DNA of 64,000 nt from Podospora anserina. Its lineage: Eukaryota. The first letter of the stretch is position 1, and each line of letters starts with the position of its first letter. Position numbers and translations under genes: made by a program. The notes beneath the pieces were generated by a model. The model was not told the origin of the DNA and made no database searches. It worked only from the letters and a program-made list of their open reading frames with translations. Location of the stretch: contig CM030334.1 in NCBI GenBank assembly GCA_017654855.1, positions 3,968,001 through 4,032,000 on the forward strand. Direction: 5' to 3'. Below are positions 58,352 through 64,000 of the stretch, in pieces.

Positions 58352-60064
58352 TCACCCCTCCATCTCGACATCCGGATCCACCTCTGTCCCCAAATCTCTA
58401 TCCTCCAGAAACCTCCTCCCCCTCAATTCCTCAGGCAGATACTCTTGCCTCACCTTTCCATCTTTGTAATTAGGAGGATACTTGTACTCGGCACCATACC
58501 CCAAATCCTTCATCAGCCTGGTGGGTGCGTTTCTCAAGTGCAGCGGAACCGGAAGACTGGCCACACCGGGCTCCCTGAGAGCCGAAAATGCATTGTTCAG
58601 TGCCCTATACGCTCGCGTGCTCTTGGGGGCCAAGCACAGCGCCACGGTGCAGTGTGCCAGAGGAATCCTGGCCTCGGGCATACCAATCTGTTGCGTGGCC
58701 GTGTAAGTCGCCGTGGCCAATGGCAGGAGTGAGTTGTCTGCCAGGCCGACATCTTCCGATGCAATCACCACCATTCTTCGCGCAATAAACAACGGATCCT
58801 CTCCCGACTGCAGCATCCTCGCCAGATAATACAATGCCGCATCGGAATCTGACCCTCGGACAGCCTTGTGAAAAGCAGAAATGGTATCGTAGTGCTGATC
58901 ACCCGCCCGATCGTACACCAACGTCTTGGTCAGCGCAGCCTTGATGTCATCTTTTGTCAATGGAGCCTCCCCTCCCCCTTGCGGTCTCGTCGTCAGAGAC
59001 AGGGCCAGTTCCAACAAATTCAGCGCGGTCCTGGCATCTCCATCCGCAAAGGCCGACAGGTACGTCAACAGCTCCTCATCAATCAGGGGGCTGAGCTCTA
59101 TCCCCTCCTCCACAATCTCGGCCTGTATTGCCCTGACCAATATCCTCTGCAGATCCTCCCTCGTAAGCGATGCCAGTGTAAATGTCCTGCACCGACTCAA
59201 CAACGCCGCCTGGACCTTGAAACTCGGGTTTTCCGTTGTGGCCCCGATCAATGTGATTGTCCCCGCTTCCACCGGCTTCAAAAACACATCCTGCTGAGAC
59301 TTGCTGAACCTGTGAATCTCGTCGCAAAATATGATGGTTTTTCTCCCCGTCAAGTTAAGCTCGTTGGCTGCTTCGGCAAAGAACTTTTTGACCTCGGCGA
59401 CGCCGGTGCTGGTGGCATTGAGCTCAATAAACCTGCTGCCCACTCGCCGGGCGATGCACCTTGCTATCGTCGTCTTTCCTGTCCCCGAACCTCCCCATAA
59501 TATCATGGATGGCACTCTGTCTGTTTCGATTAGAGACCTCAGCACCCCGTTGGGCCCAACCAAGTCTTGCCCAAACACATCGTCGAGGGAGTCGGGCCGC
59601 ATTCGCTCGGCCAAGGGGGCGGCTCGATGGGTCTTGGATCGCTTGGAGAGAGGGGCAGCACCGGGATCTCGCTCAGCCGTGCCGTTTGTCGAGAGTGTGC
59701 TCGTCTCGGGCCCTACCAGTCTGTTGTCCGCAGTTGGTGAGCTATTAGCTTCATCCCACGTCCTCTTTTGTCCGCCCTTGTTGCCATTGTTGGTTTTTAT
59801 CCCAAAACCGTTGACGGGCCGTGGTGTCGAGGCGGCTGATCCATTGGTGGTGGCCTGCCGTTTCGCAGCTGGGGTTGCAAAAAAGTCGGCGGCGGTTCGC
59901 TTCTTTTGCTGGGTTGATGGCGGCTGGGATTGAGTGTGGCTTGGTGGAGAAGATGGCCGGTCGGTGGCTTGGTCGTCGAGAAGGAAGGTCTGGCAGCCCG
60001 AGTCGATGTGGCTATTGATTTCGAGCGTCTTGACGCCCCGTTGGCAAATGGGGCAAACTACCAT
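58352..60064 (-). CDS. MGS1: MGS1/WRNIP1 (RarA family) AAA+ ATPase with an N-terminal UBZ zinc finger
   Basis: 'CPICQ...INSHIDSGC', 'PLAERMRP', Walker A GGSGTGKT, 'DEIHRF', 'GATTENPSF', 'ISAFHKAVRGSD', 'ASEDVGLAD', 'PLHLRNAPT'. Confidence 0.95.
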   Translation of the reverse strand: MVVCPICQRGVKTLEINSHIDSGCQTFLLDDQATDRPSSPPSHTQSQPPSTQQKKRTAADFFATPAAKRQATTNGSAASTPRPVNGFGIKTNNGNKGGQKRTWDEANSSPTADNRLVGPETSTLSTNGTAERDPGAAPLSKRSKTHRAAPLAERMRPDSLDDVFGQDLVGPNGVLRSLIETDRVPSMILWGGSGTGKTTIARCIARRVGSRFIELNATSTGVAEVKKFFAEAANELNLTGRKTIIFCDEIHRFSKSQQDVFLKPVEAGTITLIGATTENPSFKVQAALLSRCRTFTLASLTREDLQRILVRAIQAEIVEEGIELSPLIDEELLTYLSAFADGDARTALNLLELALSLTTRPQGGGEAPLTKDDIKAALTKTLVYDRAGDQHYDTISAFHKAVRGSDSDAALYYLARMLQSGEDPLFIARRMVVIASEDVGLADNSLLPLATATYTATQQIGMPEARIPLAHCTVALCLAPKSTRAYRALNNAFSALREPGVASLPVPLHLRNAPTRLMKDLGYGAEYKYPPNYKDGKVRQEYLPEELRGRRFLEDRDLGTEVDPDVEMEG

Positions 60065-60724
60065 CCTGTCGTTCTCGAGAGGCAGAATGCAGTGACTACC
60101 TTGATAGAAAAGAGTGGCGAAAACAATCACTATACGATTGTGACAAGTTGAGTCTTGCGCTGTACTGCGATCGAGGGTGAGGCAAACCACCAAAAGAGGG
60201 CGTACAGAATGGGGATGGCGGCGCGTCTTGGGGCAAGAAGGTTTAATGAATCTGGGAGACGCGATCTGGGGGCTCAGTGCGGGACGGTCCAGAGAGGCCC
60301 CTGCAAAACGTGTTTCTGGAAGTTCCGCCGCTTTGGTTCGGCGGTGTGGGGCAGATTACCCGTTTTATGCCGCGGCCGATGATGATATCTTTTTCAAAAG
60401 AAACATCCGCGCAATTGATGAACGATGGTAGACAAAGAAATTAATACAGCTGATGCTCTACAAGAAGTATGCACAAAAGAAACCGCTCAGGGCGTGCCTT
60501 GTCATTATGCTGTATTCCAGATGCCAATAGTCTTGAAAAGACTGTTCATGTTACAGTTCGAATTTTAAACAGAGTCCCAGGAAACACCAAACGCCTAGCC
60601 AAACGCCCAATCTGATGCAACAGTCTTGTACATGTCTGCCATGACTCCCGGGGTCTAATGGTGTATGTAAAAGCAAATCGGAGATCCACCCCAGGTAGCC
60701 TTCCATGTCTCTTGACCACCAGCA

Positions 60725-61479
60725 TTATACCATGAACGACTCGCCACATCCACACTGCTCCTCTGCTTGCTGTTAGCATGTGCGCTCAGGTCGACTAAAA
60801 GTGCAGGCAAAAAAGACTCACTGATGTTGGGGTTCCGGAAAACAAAACGTTGGCTAAGCTTGTCCTCTATCCAGTCCATCTCGCTCCCGATAATGCTGAA
60901 GAGTGCTTTGCTGTCAATCAACACCTTGACTCCGTCTTGCTCAACCGTCTCGTCAAAAGCCCCAGGCTTCTCCACGAACTCGAGATGATACGCCAATCCA
61001 GAGCACCCCCTGTTGCGCACACCGACCTTGATGAGCTTCGGGTCCGGCTGGTCGAGAAGCGCGCGTAGGTGGTCTACGGCGGCGGGAGTGAGCTTCATTG
61101 CCGCCTTTCGGGGAGCGCGCAACTTGGACCGCGGCCTTGGCGATGGCGCTGATAGCTGTGTACTTGACTTGGACTGCTGGGCTTCTCTCTCGGGGAGCGA
61201 CGAGGCTGGGTCTAGAGGCGCCTGCGGCTCTTTCGGCGGCCGGGTCTCGTGTACTCTCGGCAACGCGGGGGACTGAACATTGTGTGTGATGGAGGTATCA
61301 GGAGCCGTGGCATTGCGCGGCGCCGGGGGTGGGTGAGAAGGTAACGAGTAGGACTGAAAAGCAGCGGCGAGCTGGGCCGGCGTCGACGAGAACTGACGTT
61401 GTTGGTTGCTGCTTCGAAAGAAGCTGCGGCGGCAAGCTAGACACGCCGCTCTCCTGGCTAGTAAACTAGACGCGTTCAT
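60725..61479 (-). CDS. ISA1: Mitochondrial A-type Fe-S cluster assembly protein
   Basis: Presequence from Met at 61479, 'GVRNRGCSGLAY'. Intron 60821-60763, then a final exon giving 'NPNIKEQCGCGESFMV*'. Confidence 0.95.
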
Positions 61480-61866
61480 TCTGAAGTTGGGAAAACGATA
61501 TCTCGAGGGTATTCGCAGGTTTGGTGAGGGTGAGGTTATGGCAGCATGGGAATTGCGTCGCAGAGATGGGCATTTGTCAACTTTGGTGAAGCGGCAAATG
61601 CGAAGCAGCAACCGACAACTTCTGATCAATCAGCCGGAGTGATGACATGACGCCAAGAGCCCAGCCGACACTGATTCTGCCCAGCCAATCAACGATCGTG
61701 CATTTGGAATGCATTCAAGACGCACGGGCCCTGTCGACAACAACAAGTGAATTGAATATTCTCAAAGACTCGACCAGATCAAAACAGTAGACAGTATGGT
61801 ATACTCAGCTCCCACAACCGTAACGCCATCCAATTGACCCATTCTTCAATCTCGGTTACGCCATGG

Positions 61867-64000
61867 TCACCTTGAAATCAGCGCCCCCACGTCTCCTACC
61901 GCCTGCCTTCCCATCTTCTTCAGCAGCGTCCGCTCATCCGCCTCTCTGTACTTTTCCCAGCTATCCAACCCCTCCTTTGCCTGGATGCTGAGCGTCTCGT
62001 AGCCCTGCTTGATCACCTCGGCCACTTGCAGACTGGTCAACTGCCCCCCGGTTCTCTTGCCCTTGACCGCTTTGGATCCATCAGTTCCCAGCATCTCCTT
62101 GTAGTGGACACTGACGCTGACAAGCGTATCGATGGAGTTGCTCGCCCTGTTGGCCAGCCCGTAGGTATCTCTAAACTTCACCAGCACCTCCCCCGTTTCG
62201 ACAACCTTGTAAAACAGATCGTCGTACGCTGCCGGTGTGGGTAAGAATGTCTCACCGGCCGACAGTCCCAAGGCGAGCAAATTGACCACATGATCCAACA
62301 GCGTGTTGATGTGACTCAGCCCCTTGAGATCAGAGGCATATGTTGTCAGGAATCGGATCAGGCTGAGTAGAGACCGAAACAGGTCAGCCCAGTGGTACTG
62401 CAGCCGTGTTCGCGACCGGGACATGTAGCTAATGATTCGCAGCAGAATGCCGACACACAGCGTGTAGAGGCCGACGTCCAGTCTGCGTCGCAGATTGTGG
62501 TTGATGGCGTCAATCATGGTGTCCATGACAGCTGTGGCAATCACTCTCTCGGACCGCACCAGCGGCAAATAAGGGGATCGTTGCCGGCAAAGCCTCACCG
62601 GCACTTTGCTTTCGTCTGAACACATCCTTTTGCATAGGACAGGGTCCTCAATCAGTAACCGGAACACCATCAGGTTGAGGTGACAATACAAGGTTGTTCT
62701 CTGGGAGAGGTGGGCGTGCTGGAGGAGGTAGGACGTGAGAGAAATGAAGTTTGCAAACGGGGAGTCTTCCCCCTTTTCCGACCTTGGGGCACCGGTCACC
62801 AGCTCCAGACTGAACAGCTTGTTGGCGTGAGAAAAATCATATGTGGCAAGCAAGACGGCAGCTTCCTCTCCCGGCCTACAAGATCATTAGCAATATTTTC
62901 CCACAACTAGAAACAGACGTGCACTCACAGCTCGGCAAACATTCTTTTGGCAGTGTCTGCGTCGTAGACCGGTTTGGGCGGGGGCTTTCCCCCTGGCGCA
63001 ATAGCCCCTAGCCCAATCTTGTTGAGCGTGTTGGCCAGCGTCCATCCTTCTGGTAGGTCTTCTTGGACATCGATATACTGATCCCGGAGCTTCTGGCACG
63101 TCTTGCCCACGCCCTTGACGATATCCTTGATGACCCGCTCGTTGACAAAATCGTTCAAGCGCATTTGATAAGGGTTTTGAAACTCAAACTTGTTGTAGTT
63201 GGCCAGCAGTCCAAGCAGCATGAACGGCCTCGTTATCCTCGTCTCGTCGCCAGAAGTTTCCAGTGAAGATTGTGATTGAATACACTGTCTCGGTCAGCAC
63301 CACGGCCCTTTCACATCAGGAGTTTAGTAACATACGCTTATTATCGCTGGGAACAGATCCCTCTGAATAAAGTACGTGAGCAAGCTCGTTTGATACGCCC
63401 CCGAGGACACGGCGAGCGCCAGTTCCACCGCCCGTTGCTGCAAATCGGCTGTATAAGTGCAGTTGGATTTCCCCTTTCGCTGCTGCTGCTGCTGCTGTGG
63501 TTCCTGTCCATCCGCCGGCTGCCTTTTGTCCTGCGCATGACCAACCCCATGTGGGCAACACTCTACCCCTGGGCCCCTTCCATTGCGTATGAGGCCCTCC
63601 AGCGCTGCGACAAAGTCCCCAAACACGGTATCGATCTGATCCAGCCCGGCCAAAACCTCAATGATATCCGAGCTCGGGTTTGTGTACCGTTTTGCAAGCA
63701 CGCAAGTCATGAACGTGGACAAGGTGTCGAGTGCATGCAGATCCCCGACTCCATATGGCCGTCGCAACGCCTGTACCGCCTTGATGAATAGTTGCCTTGT
63801 CTGGGTCGACAGATGGAGTAAATCGCCGACTGGGGTCTCGTCGAGCATGCGCCTCAAGCTGGCGCGGTCGGGCCGCAGGAGAAAGAACTCCTTCCAGAAG
63901 CCTTCGGGCTTTTCGGCCGGTGCATCTTCATCGTCCTTTTGGCACACAGTCTGTCAACCTCTGCGTCTGATAATTCGGTCACTCGGGGCTAACCTGTGAA
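61867..64000 (-). CDS. ARMH3 / DUF1741 armadillo-like helical protein; 5' end lies beyond the window
   Basis: Multi-exon. 'FWKEFFLLRP', 'LLTYFIQRDLFP', 'LLANYNKFEFQNPY', 'CRQRSPYLP', 'AAYDDLFYKVV', 'VIKQGYETL'. Confidence 0.88.

Noticed and set aside
60725-61479. ISA1 as part of a sulfur cluster with SQR/PDO
   Set aside because: It lies about 8.7 kb away, beyond pseudogenes and MGS1, in a housekeeping block; the thematic link has no sequence support.
1-64000. tRNA, rRNA or other structured RNA genes
   Set aside because: None recognised by eye; tRNAscan-SE or Infernal would be needed to exclude them.

Overview
Eukaryotic, intron-containing DNA from a filamentous ascomycete. A Podospora anserina-complex fungus is the likely source; this is inferred from a GH131-CBM1 gene resembling PaGluc131A next to an NWD-family NLR with near-identical WD40 repeats. 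The left part (1-25.5 kb) holds a secreted EEP-family hydrolase, GH131-CBM1, a NACHT-WD40 NLR with ten 126-bp repeats, a Myb-like protein, acetyl-CoA hydrolase, two MFS transporters and a small secreted protein. The middle (25.9-58.1 kb) is a decaying accessory region. It contains a broken Clr5-ankyrin gene and an apparently intact aristolochene-synthase-like terpene cyclase that needs a GC-AG intron. Its divergent P450 partner carries an internal deletion and a 185-bp solo LTR. A 3,421-bp inverted duplication (38504-41924 / 54064-57484) was heavily RIP-mutated, destroying the 5' ends of a divergent MFS/ABC transporter pair, and its second copy splits a third gene. Between the two copies are DPP4 and a head-to-head sulfide:quinone oxidoreductase / bacterial-type persulfide dioxygenase pair, a candidate fungal H2S-oxidation gene module. 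The right end (58.3-64 kb) has conserved genes: MGS1/WRNIP1, ISA1 and ARMH3/DUF1741. All calls come from reading the sequence by eye; no database searches were run.
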